Shown here: one piece after another, positions 9,840 through 19,311 of the stretch
Position numbering within the stretch: the stretch's first letter is position 1
How the letters are laid out: each line of letters opens with the position of its first letter
Assembly (NCBI GenBank): GCA_964573135.1
Contig: CAZNIO010000003.1
Coordinates: 10,881-74,880 of the forward strand
Direction of reading: 5' to 3'
Length of the DNA: 64,000 bases
From: an uncultured Gammaproteobacteria bacterium
GTDB lineage: Bacteria > Patescibacteriota > Patescibacteriia > UBA2196 > GWA2-42-15
Translations under genes and position numbers: made by a program
The notes under the pieces: generated by a model
What the model saw: only the letters and a program-made list of their open reading frames with translations
Databases searched by the model: none
Told to the model about the DNA's origin: nothing

Positions 9840-11066
9840 TTATGACCAATATTTTAATGCTTGCTGTAGCTCTTTATGCTGGGTGGCATATTTTGAGAAA
9901 TTTTCTTGCTGGCTGACTGCTTCAACTGCTTGCTGACAGGCTTTAGCACCGGCAATTGGTCCGTCAGGGTGACCATGAAGTCCCCCGCCGAAGTTTATAA
10001 CAATATTTGGACCTAGAATTTTAACTAGATCAGGTACGAGTCCTGGATGCAAGCCGCCTGAAGCAATAGGTAAAGTGGGCTTAATTTTTCCCCAAGGAGT
10101 AGTCACGGCTTCGTTAATGGCATCAACTGTTTCCTTATCGCCTTCCATTTTACCGACTACGGTGCCGGTATGTAGTTGATCAATGCCACATAACCTGGCA
10201 AGCTTGGCTAAGAGGAGCATGGTCATGCCGTGGCGTGGATTTTTAGTAAACATGGAATGACCAGCGCGATGACCGTGTATGATCAAACCTAAATTTTGAT
10301 TTCTTAAAAATTGTACGTTATCTAAGCCACAAACCACCAGGTCAATCATAACTATTTTGCCACCATGCTTTTTAACTAATTTAGCACGCTTGAGCATGAT
10401 ATCAGCTGGACCAGTCACGTTGAAGACGTGTACTTTTTTGTGTCCGGTAACTTTTTGCGCTTGTTTTTTTAGTTTTAAAACTTGCTTAACACGATCTTCA
10501 AATTTATTGAATTTCATGTCGGTCAAATTTTCATCGTCCTTAACTAGATCAATGCCATTTGCCCAAATGTCATAGGTTAGTTGGGCGTGCTGTTTGGAGG
10601 AAAGCCCGAGCTTTGGCTTAATGATTGAGCCAATGATGGGCCTCTCCTTTATATCTAAGTAATTTCTGATGCCAACAATGCCAAAGGCGGGTCCTTGGAA
10701 AGAATTTAGATATTTGTCCGGGAAATGAATATCTAGAAGTCTTAAATTACTAATAATTTTCATGGAGAAAACATTGCCAGCTAAAGCGGAGAGAAGCTGA
10801 GTAATATTACCTAACTCAAAAAGATCTAGGGGATAGGCAATATGAGCAATTTTTTTATGATAATCAAGTTTAAAAATCTTTGGACCAAGGCGGCTAATTG
10901 TTTTTTTATCTAAAGTAGTTAGCTTAGTCCAAGTACCAATAGATGATTCCTGGGCAACTTTAACCGAAGCGGTTTTTAAACCCAAAGGACTTTCAATGTG
11001 ATAGATAGCAACAAGATGATCCTTCAAAGAGGGTTTAGTATTGAGTTTTAAATAAGGTGATTTCAT
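9840..11066 (-). CDS. rbcL: RuBisCO large subunit, form III-like
   Basis: ESSIGTW, IKPKLG, DLVKDDE, HGHRAGH, HTGTVVGKMEG, ASGGLHPG, GGGLHGHP: catalytic motifs all present. Confidence 0.95.
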   Translation of the reverse strand: MKSPYLKLNTKPSLKDHLVAIYHIESPLGLKTASVKVAQESSIGTWTKLTTLDKKTISRLGPKIFKLDYHKKIAHIAYPLDLFELGNITQLLSALAGNVFSMKIISNLRLLDIHFPDKYLNSFQGPAFGIVGIRNYLDIKERPIIGSIIKPKLGLSSKQHAQLTYDIWANGIDLVKDDENLTDMKFNKFEDRVKQVLKLKKQAQKVTGHKKVHVFNVTGPADIMLKRAKLVKKHGGKIVMIDLVVCGLDNVQFLRNQNLGLIIHGHRAGHSMFTKNPRHGMTMLLLAKLARLCGIDQLHTGTVVGKMEGDKETVDAINEAVTTPWGKIKPTLPIASGGLHPGLVPDLVKILGPNIVINFGGGLHGHPDGPIAGAKACQQAVEAVSQQENFSKYATQHKELQQALKYWS

Positions 11067-11068
11067 GA

Positions 11069-12001
11069 TTAAAGCCAATTATATTGTTTTTTAAACTTAT
11101 TAATCTCACTTGGTTTAATAATTCCAAATTCAGTTATATAGCCTGTTATAAATTTGGCAGGAATTCTACCAAAAGCATAGTTTATTATCTTCAAGCCCTT
11201 AGGGGCTTTTGGCCAAATTTCTTTTTCATCCCTGATTTCTATTTTCATTTTCTTATCATGTGTACTTTTAAGCAGAGATCCGCACAGATAAAAAGGAATC
11301 TTTGATGTATGGGCTGCTAGAGCTATGCCAAAACTACCAATCTTATTCAAAGCCGATCCATCGGGTAAAATAACATCAAAACCTAAGAACACTTTGTTGA
11401 TTTTAATATTATCTCCCGAAATATCTGAGACCAAAAATGGAGCGGCTGAATCAACAACCATGGTATTATTAATTTTATGTTTGGCCAAATTAGTTGAAGT
11501 AGTCCTACCTTGGAATAGGGGTCGAGTTTCATCATTGTATACATGAAATTTCTTTTTATCTCTTTTGGCTTGGATCAAAATATTTTCTACAGTACGTGAA
11601 TGACAGTGAGTAAAGATGTTTTCTTTACTTTTTATTAGGCTCCCACCATGGGCGGTGATTTTTTGCCCATTACCATGTAGTAAGGCGGAAAAATCCTGTA
11701 CGTACTGGCGGGTTAATTTTTTTAAATCATTAACTTGAATAAGAGTAGCCTTGATTTTGGTGCTCTGTTTAAGTTCTGCATTCAAATATTTAAAAGCATT
11801 AACAGTCAGTGGCTCATTGGGTCTTGCTTGAGCTAGACTCTCCCCTACTCTTTTAGCTTCAGCTAAATACTTTTTGGTATCTTTCGTTTTGAAATTAATC
11901 AAATAATCTTGCCAAGCAGAAAGACTGGCACGACAAATGTTACTGGCGCCTTGAATTTTAATGGATTGAATATCTTTAATTGTTTGATTTAAGTTGGCCA
12001 T
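11069..12001 (-). CDS. Ribose-1,5-bisphosphate isomerase (eIF2B alpha/beta/delta family)
   Basis: IQGAS, ARPNEP, THCHS, ETRPLFQG, NKIGS; directly upstream of RuBisCO. Confidence 0.9.
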   Translation of the reverse strand: MANLNQTIKDIQSIKIQGASNICRASLSAWQDYLINFKTKDTKKYLAEAKRVGESLAQARPNEPLTVNAFKYLNAELKQSTKIKATLIQVNDLKKLTRQYVQDFSALLHGNGQKITAHGGSLIKSKENIFTHCHSRTVENILIQAKRDKKKFHVYNDETRPLFQGRTTSTNLAKHKINNTMVVDSAAPFLVSDISGDNIKINKVFLGFDVILPDGSALNKIGSFGIALAAHTSKIPFYLCGSLLKSTHDKKMKIEIRDEKEIWPKAPKGLKIINYAFGRIPAKFITGYITEFGIIKPSEINKFKKQYNWL

Positions 12002-12018
12002 AATAAAAACAAGAAAAA

Positions 12019-12390
12019 TTATATTTCTTGTACATTTAAATTCGTAATGTTTTTAAAATCACGCACATTGCGTGTTATAAGAGTACTACTTGTGAAAAGA
12101 GCCGTAGCAGCGATTACACTATCTGCTGTTTTGGTCCCATACATCTGACGAAGGAGTCCGGCCGTGCGTGCAATTCTTGAGTCAAGTGGAATAATAGCAA
12201 CTGTTTCAAGCAGTTTTTCTATTTCCATTGATTCCCATGGGGTGAGACCATGAAAACCGAAAAGCTCAACCTCGGTTATTGTGGATATATATAACGGAGC
12301 GTTCTTAACTAAAATACCACCTAAAACAGAAACGACCGCTGGGTCGTCTTTTAAATAATAGATAATCGCATTGGTGTCTAGGGTGTGCAC
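12019..12390 (-). CDS. vapC: VapC-type PIN domain toxin
   Basis: LDTNAII, ITEVE, DSVIAATA, TRNVRDF. Confidence 0.9.
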   Translation of the reverse strand: MHTLDTNAIIYYLKDDPAVVSVLGGILVKNAPLYISTITEVELFGFHGLTPWESMEIEKLLETVAIIPLDSRIARTAGLLRQMYGTKTADSVIAATALFTSSTLITRNVRDFKNITNLNVQEI

Positions 12391-12406
12391 GGGTTTAAAA
12401 GTAGAA

Positions 12407-12577
12407 CTAATTACGATCCCATTCTTTTCTCATTTTGCCAAGCTCTTGTGCGGGATCAGGCTTGTGGTTCTTCCACATTCCTTTAATATGTTGCCATATT
12501 AAAAGACGCTCCTTATTTAGAAGAAGTGGGTAGACATTTCTTATTTTTTGATTTTTTATACTGGTCTGGGTTTGCAT
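12407..12577 (-). CDS. Putative antitoxin (56 aa), absent from the ORF track
   Basis: Hand translation MQTQTSIKNQKIRNVYPLLLNKERLLIWQHIKGMWKNHKPDPAQELGKMRKEWDRN*; directly upstream of the PIN gene. Confidence 0.7.
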   Translation of the reverse strand: MQTQTSIKNQKIRNVYPLLLNKERLLIWQHIKGMWKNHKPDPAQELGKMRKEWDRN

Positions 12578-12645
12578 ATACTTAAATTATATCAATTGGC
12601 TTGAGAAAGTCAACAACAAATATACAAATTTGTATAAACAAAGCT

Positions 12646-13839
12646 TTAAATTATAACCCTATTTTTCTTCATTATCAAAATAACTGGAATACCAATTACA
12701 AGAGCACTAATGCCAATAATAGTTAAGGCATTTATTAAGGTGTACACATCAGCCACCCATCCAAAAATTGGGACAATTAACGCATATATTAAACGGCCAG
12801 ACATACTTTGGGCTGAAAGTATGGTGGCGCGTATGTCTGAATTGGCGAGCTTGTTGATATAGTCGGTAATAACAACCTTGGAAAAGCCACGCACAAACTG
12901 GTGTAAAAAGGCAAAAGAAAAACTGAAAAGTAAAACAAAATTACTCATAAGAAGATAACTGGCACTAACTAAAAAAATGAGCATAACAAGCGAATATTTT
13001 TCACCCAATTTTTGTTCAAGTGCATGAGCATATTTTGAGCTCAAGGCAGCTACTACCTGAAAAGAAGCAAAGATAATACCAAAATACATAATATCAACGC
13101 CTGAAATTAAAAAATATGGCTGATAGAACCAGAGGACTGATTGATTGAAGCTAAAAATAATACCAGAGTAGATAATGAGCCATTTCAATTTCTTATTTTT
13201 CAACATGGAATATTTTATGATAAATATCAATTCTTTAACATATCCTTTTTTTAAAATGGGTTTATGTCTTGCGGGCTCTTTCAAGCTCAATGCAATAAAG
13301 ATGGCAATAATGATAAAGGGGATCATGACCCAAAAGGTAAGGCGATAGCTAACCTGGCCCAAAAAGCCGCCAATGACATGGGCGACGGCCATGGCAATAA
13401 GACTATAGAAAAGAACATTACCCCAAATTTTTTTATACTTTTTTTCTTGTTTCAAGCTTTTCAAGGTGTCAAAAATGAAGGCAGAGTCACTACCGGATAT
13501 AAAAGAAATACTCAAGGCCCAGAAAGCCTCTGCTAGCAAAAAATGAGAGAAACTATAACCCTCAGCATAGACTATGGTGGCGCCAAGGATCATAAGGGAT
13601 CCAATAACTAAGCTTTTTTTGCGTCCAACAACATCGGCAAAATATCCGGTGGGTATCTCAAGCAATACAACCAGAATGGCAAAAATTGATTGGAGAACCA
13701 TAATTTGTGTGAGGCTCAAGCCGTTATCCTGCCAGAACAAAACAATAATTGGAGCAAAAAAAGACAAACTTGCCAGAATTTGAAACAAGTAGAATTTAAA
13801 AATGTTACTATTTAATTTAGTTTTAGATAACTGAGTCAT
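12646..13839 (-). CDS. MFS transporter
   Basis: About 12 TM segments; EIPTGYFADVVGRKKS motif A. Confidence 0.9.
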   Translation of the reverse strand: MTQLSKTKLNSNIFKFYLFQILASLSFFAPIIVLFWQDNGLSLTQIMVLQSIFAILVVLLEIPTGYFADVVGRKKSLVIGSLMILGATIVYAEGYSFSHFLLAEAFWALSISFISGSDSAFIFDTLKSLKQEKKYKKIWGNVLFYSLIAMAVAHVIGGFLGQVSYRLTFWVMIPFIIIAIFIALSLKEPARHKPILKKGYVKELIFIIKYSMLKNKKLKWLIIYSGIIFSFNQSVLWFYQPYFLISGVDIMYFGIIFASFQVVAALSSKYAHALEQKLGEKYSLVMLIFLVSASYLLMSNFVLLFSFSFAFLHQFVRGFSKVVITDYINKLANSDIRATILSAQSMSGRLIYALIVPIFGWVADVYTLINALTIIGISALVIGIPVILIMKKNRVII

Positions 13840-13845
13840 TCAGTT

Positions 13846-15225
13846 TTATAACATAAATTGATCACCAAGCTCTGGTATATGAATTTTATCTATATGCTCT
13901 TTAGCTAATTTACTCGCCAAAGTATTAATACCTTTTTCTTCCCCATGAACAAAGAAGAGTTTTTTTAAGGGGGACGCATGACGAATAAATTCAATTAAAT
14001 CTTTTTGATCAGCATGAGCACTCAGAGAATTCAAAATAACAATATCTGATTTAACTTGAATTTTTTGATTCAAAATATTGACTTGCTTGGCTCCTTCAAC
14101 TAATCTGCGTCCCAAGGTGTGTTCAGCCATAAAACCAACAATAATGACGGTGTTTCTTGAGTCTCCCAGGTTGTTTCTCAGGTGGTGGCGAATGCGACCG
14201 AACTCACACATGCCAGAAGCTGAGATTATAATACAAGGGTCTTGGATAGTATTTAATTTTTTAGAATCTTCAGCTGATTCTATCATTCGTAATTTGGAAA
14301 ATATAAAGGGATCTTTGTTTTTAGATAAAAATGCCTCCCTGGTCTCTTTATCAACTAGATCAGGATAATCAGTAAAAACCTCTGATACCTTAACGGTTAA
14401 CGGGCTATCAATATATACAAAATGATTTGGAATCCTCTTGGTATTAATTAACTCATGAATTATATAGATTAACTCTTGAGCTCGCTCAAGAGCAAAAGAA
14501 GGGATAATTACCTTGCCTCCCCTATCATATGCTTTATTGATAGCATCAGCTAAAGACTTATATGAAGTCATGGCATCATCGTGTAAACGATCACCATAGG
14601 TGCTTTCTGATATAAGATAATCAACATCAGTGATTTGTCCTGGATCGCGTAAAATAGGCAGAAATTTTCTACCCAAATCTCCGGTAAAACCAAGTTTTTT
14701 CTTATTACCATTTTCTTCTAATTCCAAAGTAACTAAAGCAGAACCCAAAACATGGCCGGCGTCTTGCAAATAGGCACGCACACCAGGCATTACCTGAAAC
14801 CACTCATTATATTTCTTTCCCTCAAGGGCCGCTACAGCTGGAGCCACATCATCTGGAGTATAGATTGCTTCCAGCTTTTGACCTGATTTTCTGTTTAAAT
14901 ACTGTATATCATAAACTTGAATACGGGCAGAATCTTCAAGCATGACGGCTACCAGAGATTTAGTGGCATGGGTACAATAAATTTTACCTTTAAACCCTTG
15001 TTTAACAAGATTGGGAATATTACCACAATGGTCAATATGTGCGTGACTTAAAACACAAACATCAATACTTTTGGGGTCAAAAGGGAAATTTCTATTGACG
15101 CGCTCGGTGTCAGCACGCCGTCCCTGGTAGAAACCACATTCGAGAAGTATTTTCTTATCATTAACGGTAATAACATGTTGGGAGCCGGTAACGGTTTTAC
15201 AGGCTCCATGAAATTGAATATGCAT
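13846..15225 (-). CDS. MBL-fold beta-CASP nuclease/hydrolase
   Basis: SHAHIDHCG, AGHVLGS, ESTYG, SAHAD, VHGE. Confidence 0.92.
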   Translation of the reverse strand: MHIQFHGACKTVTGSQHVITVNDKKILLECGFYQGRRADTERVNRNFPFDPKSIDVCVLSHAHIDHCGNIPNLVKQGFKGKIYCTHATKSLVAVMLEDSARIQVYDIQYLNRKSGQKLEAIYTPDDVAPAVAALEGKKYNEWFQVMPGVRAYLQDAGHVLGSALVTLELEENGNKKKLGFTGDLGRKFLPILRDPGQITDVDYLISESTYGDRLHDDAMTSYKSLADAINKAYDRGGKVIIPSFALERAQELIYIIHELINTKRIPNHFVYIDSPLTVKVSEVFTDYPDLVDKETREAFLSKNKDPFIFSKLRMIESAEDSKKLNTIQDPCIIISASGMCEFGRIRHHLRNNLGDSRNTVIIVGFMAEHTLGRRLVEGAKQVNILNQKIQVKSDIVILNSLSAHADQKDLIEFIRHASPLKKLFFVHGEEKGINTLASKLAKEHIDKIHIPELGDQFML

Positions 15226-15362
15226 AGTTGTTTATTAGTTTTTGTTATCTTAATTTTACCAATTATGTGCTAATTGAGCAAAAAATAAAAGTACACACGC
15301 TGACAAACGGGTGTACTTTTTTCTCCATTTTAAAAATTTTACGATTTTAACCTTCTTCATTT

Positions 15363-16766
15363 TTATATTAACTCCACAGGACAAAGCGTGGTGGCAGCCT
15401 CTTTAAGATTAGAGAAAGTGTCGTCCCCAATTGCTGCATTTATTAACGCTCCCCGGGCAGTAGCTTCAAAAGCTATTGGCCCATCCAAAGCACTAATAAA
15501 TAATCGAATTTCATCATTAACATCGCGATGGATAAACTTTTTGAAACATTGCTGAAAATACTTTGACCGACAAATACCTCCAGTCAAAATAATTTTTTTA
15601 ATGGGCTGTCCATTAATAACCTCTATCACCATATCTCCAACATGTGAAGACAATATCAAGGCGATTGACTGTTGCACGCTAGCAATTTTATTGCCCAATG
15701 GCAATTGAGCAAAATCAGACGGGTAGTATACTCGGTCATTTTCCTGCGTAATGATGATATTTTTTTGATTACAACTACTAAGAGCAAGTTTGTTCATCTC
15801 TGGATGATCCATGCTAGTGCACCATGATTTCTTAAAATCATAATCATACCATGACCCACAGTGATGCATCATGATGAGTGATAATTTCTTCTGGTAATAC
15901 TCAAAACTAAGAGACTTACCTGCGAGTGCCATTGTTGGCTCGCATATCCGATTCACCGTACCACTAGTACCGGCAGACACTATGATGCTTGACTCATCAT
16001 ATAACCCGCACCCTACGGCGGCGCCATGGTTATCTCCCAAGGGGGAATATATCTCCCATCCTTCTAGAATTCCTCTGATTACTCGCCATGCTGGATCGTT
16101 TCCCTGACCGGTGATATTATCAACAAACTCCCCACTTTGTATTACAGATGGAAACCAAATATAATTAATACCGACTTTATTGAGAAGGGTCTTGGCTAAT
16201 GTTTTTGTTTTTTGATCCAACAATCCATTACTTAATCCATCTGACGTACTCAATGAATCGGTATCGGTTAACTTACCGCCGATCCAATCGCCGGTGGTCA
16301 TGACTTTATAAACCCTATTCTTGAGAGATGGACATTGATTCAAAACCCACATTAACTTAACTATAATAAATCGATTTTCTATGGGTCCCACAATTTTTTC
16401 CGCACCCAACTCTTTGATGATTTTAATTTCCTTGATCTCTGGCTTGCCAAATTTAAACCGCCAGCTTAAAGCTGGAATCACTGGCTGTTTATACTGATCG
16501 AGTAGGACCATATCGTGCTGACGAACGGAGAATGACATCGACCCTCCATAAGAAAAATCCCATCCTCTATCATGGAGCTTAAAGAGGGCCTCAAGAATCA
16601 TTTTGGGCACTTCAGACAAATCATGCGCTGATTCATTCTTCCAACTGGTAGAACCTCGCATGGGAATTGACGCTAAGTCAAATTCACCTGACTGGCTCAT
16701 AACGAAGAGCTTAAGTGCACTAGTACTTAAATCACCACCTGAGTGTCTTGCAATTTTTTTTGTCAT
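15363..16766 (-). CDS. FGGY-family carbohydrate kinase (xylulokinase-like, divergent)
   Basis: GGDLSTSALK, GDNHGAAVG, SAGTSGT, LTGGI, EATARGA. Confidence 0.75.
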   Translation of the reverse strand: MTKKIARHSGGDLSTSALKLFVMSQSGEFDLASIPMRGSTSWKNESAHDLSEVPKMILEALFKLHDRGWDFSYGGSMSFSVRQHDMVLLDQYKQPVIPALSWRFKFGKPEIKEIKIIKELGAEKIVGPIENRFIIVKLMWVLNQCPSLKNRVYKVMTTGDWIGGKLTDTDSLSTSDGLSNGLLDQKTKTLAKTLLNKVGINYIWFPSVIQSGEFVDNITGQGNDPAWRVIRGILEGWEIYSPLGDNHGAAVGCGLYDESSIIVSAGTSGTVNRICEPTMALAGKSLSFEYYQKKLSLIMMHHCGSWYDYDFKKSWCTSMDHPEMNKLALSSCNQKNIIITQENDRVYYPSDFAQLPLGNKIASVQQSIALILSSHVGDMVIEVINGQPIKKIILTGGICRSKYFQQCFKKFIHRDVNDEIRLFISALDGPIAFEATARGALINAAIGDDTFSNLKEAATTLCPVELI

Positions 16767-16954
16767 TATCAATTTCTCCTTTTATAATGAAAGTTAATTT
16801 TAAATATTTATTGGTTTATTTTTATTACATTACTTTATTTTAGCCAGATTAATCCCCAACTGTCAAATACAGCTGCTTGCCAATCCTAAGTATTTTTGAT
16901 ATAATTTTTTTAGATGATAATGAAGGCTTGATGTCATCTATTTTTTAACATTAC

Positions 16955-17030
16955 GCGCTCATAGCTCAGCTGGTAGAGCAGCTCCCTTTTAAGGAGAAGG
17001 TCCTAGGTTCGAATCCTAGTGGGCGTACCA
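16955..17030 (+). tRNA. tRNA-Lys (anticodon TTT)
   Basis: Cloverleaf GCGCTCA...TGGGCGT-ACCA; anticodon loop CTTTTAA; T-loop TTCGAAT. Confidence 0.95.
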
Positions 17031-17196
17031 CAAAAAACATCTCGAGTAGAGGTGTTTTTTGGTTAAAGGGGATCTGCTAGTAGCTCCGTCTGGCGCGCCA
17101 CAGGTATTTTAGTGTTTTTTGATTCAAGCCCAAAGGTGCTGTATAATAACAGTGAAAGGTCGTGATTTAAATTATTAATCTTAAAATTATAATTTT

Positions 17197-17826
17197 ATGA
17201 AAAAATTAGGTTTTATTTTAATCTTAATGCTTTTGGTAGTCGGAGTTACGGTCACGGCCAATGCAGCTAGTAAGGCTCCGGGTAAAGGAGGTAGTGATAA
17301 ATGTACCACCATTCAAAGTGGTGAACTTTTAGCCTCTGATGGAACTGTAATCGAACTTGGCTTTGATGCTTGGGGATATAATTATCAAGGCCGTATGTTT
17401 AAAGGTGGTTATTGCGACGCTTATCGCGATGCAGCCTGGTGCCAAGAATGGACTGAGGATAAATTGGCCATGAAATGGAATGACGCTTGGTTATCAAATA
17501 AGGATTGTGACGGGGATGGTTTTCTTGATCGCCATTATGGCCATGATTCATATATTGGATCTGGCGCTTGGCTGACAAATCATCAATCAGGCGAATATGA
17601 AGAAGAAGGTGAAACATGTAAGTGGAATTACTTTGTCAAAATTGTGGCCGCTCCAGCTGACGCTTATGTTGAAGATGGTTATTGGCATACAGCAGAAGGT
17701 GCAGAAATTGGAGAGGTTATTTGGGGAGCTTTTGCTATTATTCAGGAAGTAGAAAATGATCCTTGCGCTGGAGCTCATGGCATGCAATATGTTTCTCCTG
17801 ATAGGGCGGGGCTAGGTAATTGGTAA
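17197..17826 (+). CDS. Secreted hypothetical protein (Trp/Cys/Gly-rich, DxDGDG motif)
   Basis: Signal peptide ending ANA; followed by a hairpin at 17844-17872. Confidence 0.8.
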   Translation: MKKLGFILILMLLVVGVTVTANAASKAPGKGGSDKCTTIQSGELLASDGTVIELGFDAWGYNYQGRMFKGGYCDAYRDAAWCQEWTEDKLAMKWNDAWLSNKDCDGDGFLDRHYGHDSYIGSGAWLTNHQSGEYEEEGETCKWNYFVKIVAAPADAYVEDGYWHTAEGAEIGEVIWGAFAIIQEVENDPCAGAHGMQYVSPDRAGLGNW

Positions 17827-17903
17827 AAAGGGATATATTAATAAGACCCACTCAAACAATTGAGTGGGTCTTTGACTACTTAAAAATGGCGTTAATAAAT
17901 CGT

Positions 17904-17978
17904 TTATGACACTGTAGGCATATAGATATATTCCTCACTTTTAGCAATTCTGGTTCTAACAGCGTCCACGACCCCATA
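17904..17978 (-). repeat. tRNA-Lys array repeat, copy 1
   Basis: Homologous to copies at 19105 and 20817; minus frame YGVVDAVRTRIAKSEEYIYMPTVS*; hairpin follows at ~17988-18010. Confidence 0.9.
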
Positions 17979-18046
17979 AAAATTATTAAACCCCCTATTT
18001 TAGGGGGTTTTGAAGTTGAGTAAAAGTACCTACAAGCTGGTGTGTC

Positions 18047-18997
18047 CTAGTTCACTTTATTTCTAGGCTTTTCCAAAATAAAAGACTGCAGATTCTCTAT
18101 AAGAATACCTTGTTGTTTTTCTATTGCCTCTTTGGTCTTTACTGCAATCGATGGATATAATATTACGTTTTTGGTTTTCATTAGCTTATTTTTATGTTCG
18201 CTTGGAATTGTGTCAAAATACGTTTGTATAAAGCAGAATCTATTTTCATTAAGATTCTTAATTAAGTTATCAAAATCAAAAACATCCGTATGGCTTATGG
18301 AAATTATTACTGAATTTTCTTTAATATTATTTAAGACAACCCCATTCATGATCGAATTTGTTGTTTTATCATCAGGAATAAACAATCCTATAATATCACT
18401 TTCCTTGCACAAATCATTAAGCTTACGAAATTGGATGCCTCCTTGCTCTAGATTTTCTTTTTTTGATTTGGAAAAATGTTTGACATTCATTCCTAAGCCC
18501 AGTGCAAGTTCAGCAACTCTTTTACCAATCCTGCCTAAACCAATAATGCCAAAGGTTTTGTTTTTTAATTCCCAGCCAAGATATTGGTCAACCCCAAAAT
18601 TATTCTTTTTAACATTGGCTCGCGCATTTTCTAGCTCTCTTGCACAGGAAAGCAAGGTAGCAAAAACAAATTCTGCAATACTATTATCACAATATCCCGC
18701 TGTGTTTGTCACAACAATATTTTTTGAAGCTGCATAATCAACATCAATTTTGCTAACTGAGATTGAATCAGTTCCTATATATTTTAAATTTAGAGCGAGG
18801 TCAATTATTTTTTTATTAATCTTAGTTAAGTATTTTATCAAAAGAACATCTGCATCTTTGACCTCTTTATATAAACTCTGTTTATTAGAACTGCTTACAA
18901 AAACCAAAAAAATTGATAGGGATTTTAATCTATCAAGAACATCATTTTTTAACGACTTTTTAGTGTAATCGATAAGGACAATTTTATTCACTTTCAT
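18047..18997 (-). CDS. D-2-hydroxyacid dehydrogenase family protein (catalytic residues divergent)
   Basis: ELKNKTFGIIGLGRIG NAD-binding motif; VTNTAG, SIAE. Confidence 0.85.
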   Translation of the reverse strand: MKVNKIVLIDYTKKSLKNDVLDRLKSLSIFLVFVSSSNKQSLYKEVKDADVLLIKYLTKINKKIIDLALNLKYIGTDSISVSKIDVDYAASKNIVVTNTAGYCDNSIAEFVFATLLSCARELENARANVKKNNFGVDQYLGWELKNKTFGIIGLGRIGKRVAELALGLGMNVKHFSKSKKENLEQGGIQFRKLNDLCKESDIIGLFIPDDKTTNSIMNGVVLNNIKENSVIISISHTDVFDFDNLIKNLNENRFCFIQTYFDTIPSEHKNKLMKTKNVILYPSIAVKTKEAIEKQQGILIENLQSFILEKPRNKVN

Positions 18998-19089
18998 TGG
19001 GTTACTGGCATTTAGTTGATGATTTAATTTTAGCTAAATTATGGGAAAGATGCAAAATTGTCAGGATCTACATTGTTTTTTGTATTGCA

Positions 19090-19179
19090 TAATTAATAAA
19101 GAAATTATGACACTGTAGGCATATAGATATATTCCTGACTTTCCTGGATTCTAGTTCTAACAGAGTCCACGACCCAGTA
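19090..19179 (-). repeat. tRNA-Lys array repeat, copy 2
   Basis: 90 bp identical to 20802-20891; minus frame YWVVDSVRTRIQESQEYIYMPTVS* (19179-19105). Confidence 0.95.
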
Positions 19180-19311
19180 AAAAAGCATCCTCGCGAGAGG
19201 GTGTTTTTTTGGTTAAAAGGGATCTGCTCGCAGCTCAAAAAAATTGCCTAAACTTAATTTTTTATTTATACTTAAATGTATATATAATAATTAATTATCA
19301 ATAATAAAAGT

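Noticed and set aside
9840-11066. RuBisCO-like protein (form IV) or Calvin cycle
   Set aside because: Catalytic motifs are intact and the neighbours are AMP phosphorylase and R15P isomerase; no phosphoribulokinase or small subunit in the window.
18132-18968. Long antisense ORFs (also 20253..20738, 22732..23196 and similar)
   Set aside because: Shadow frames opposite well-supported genes; no motifs.
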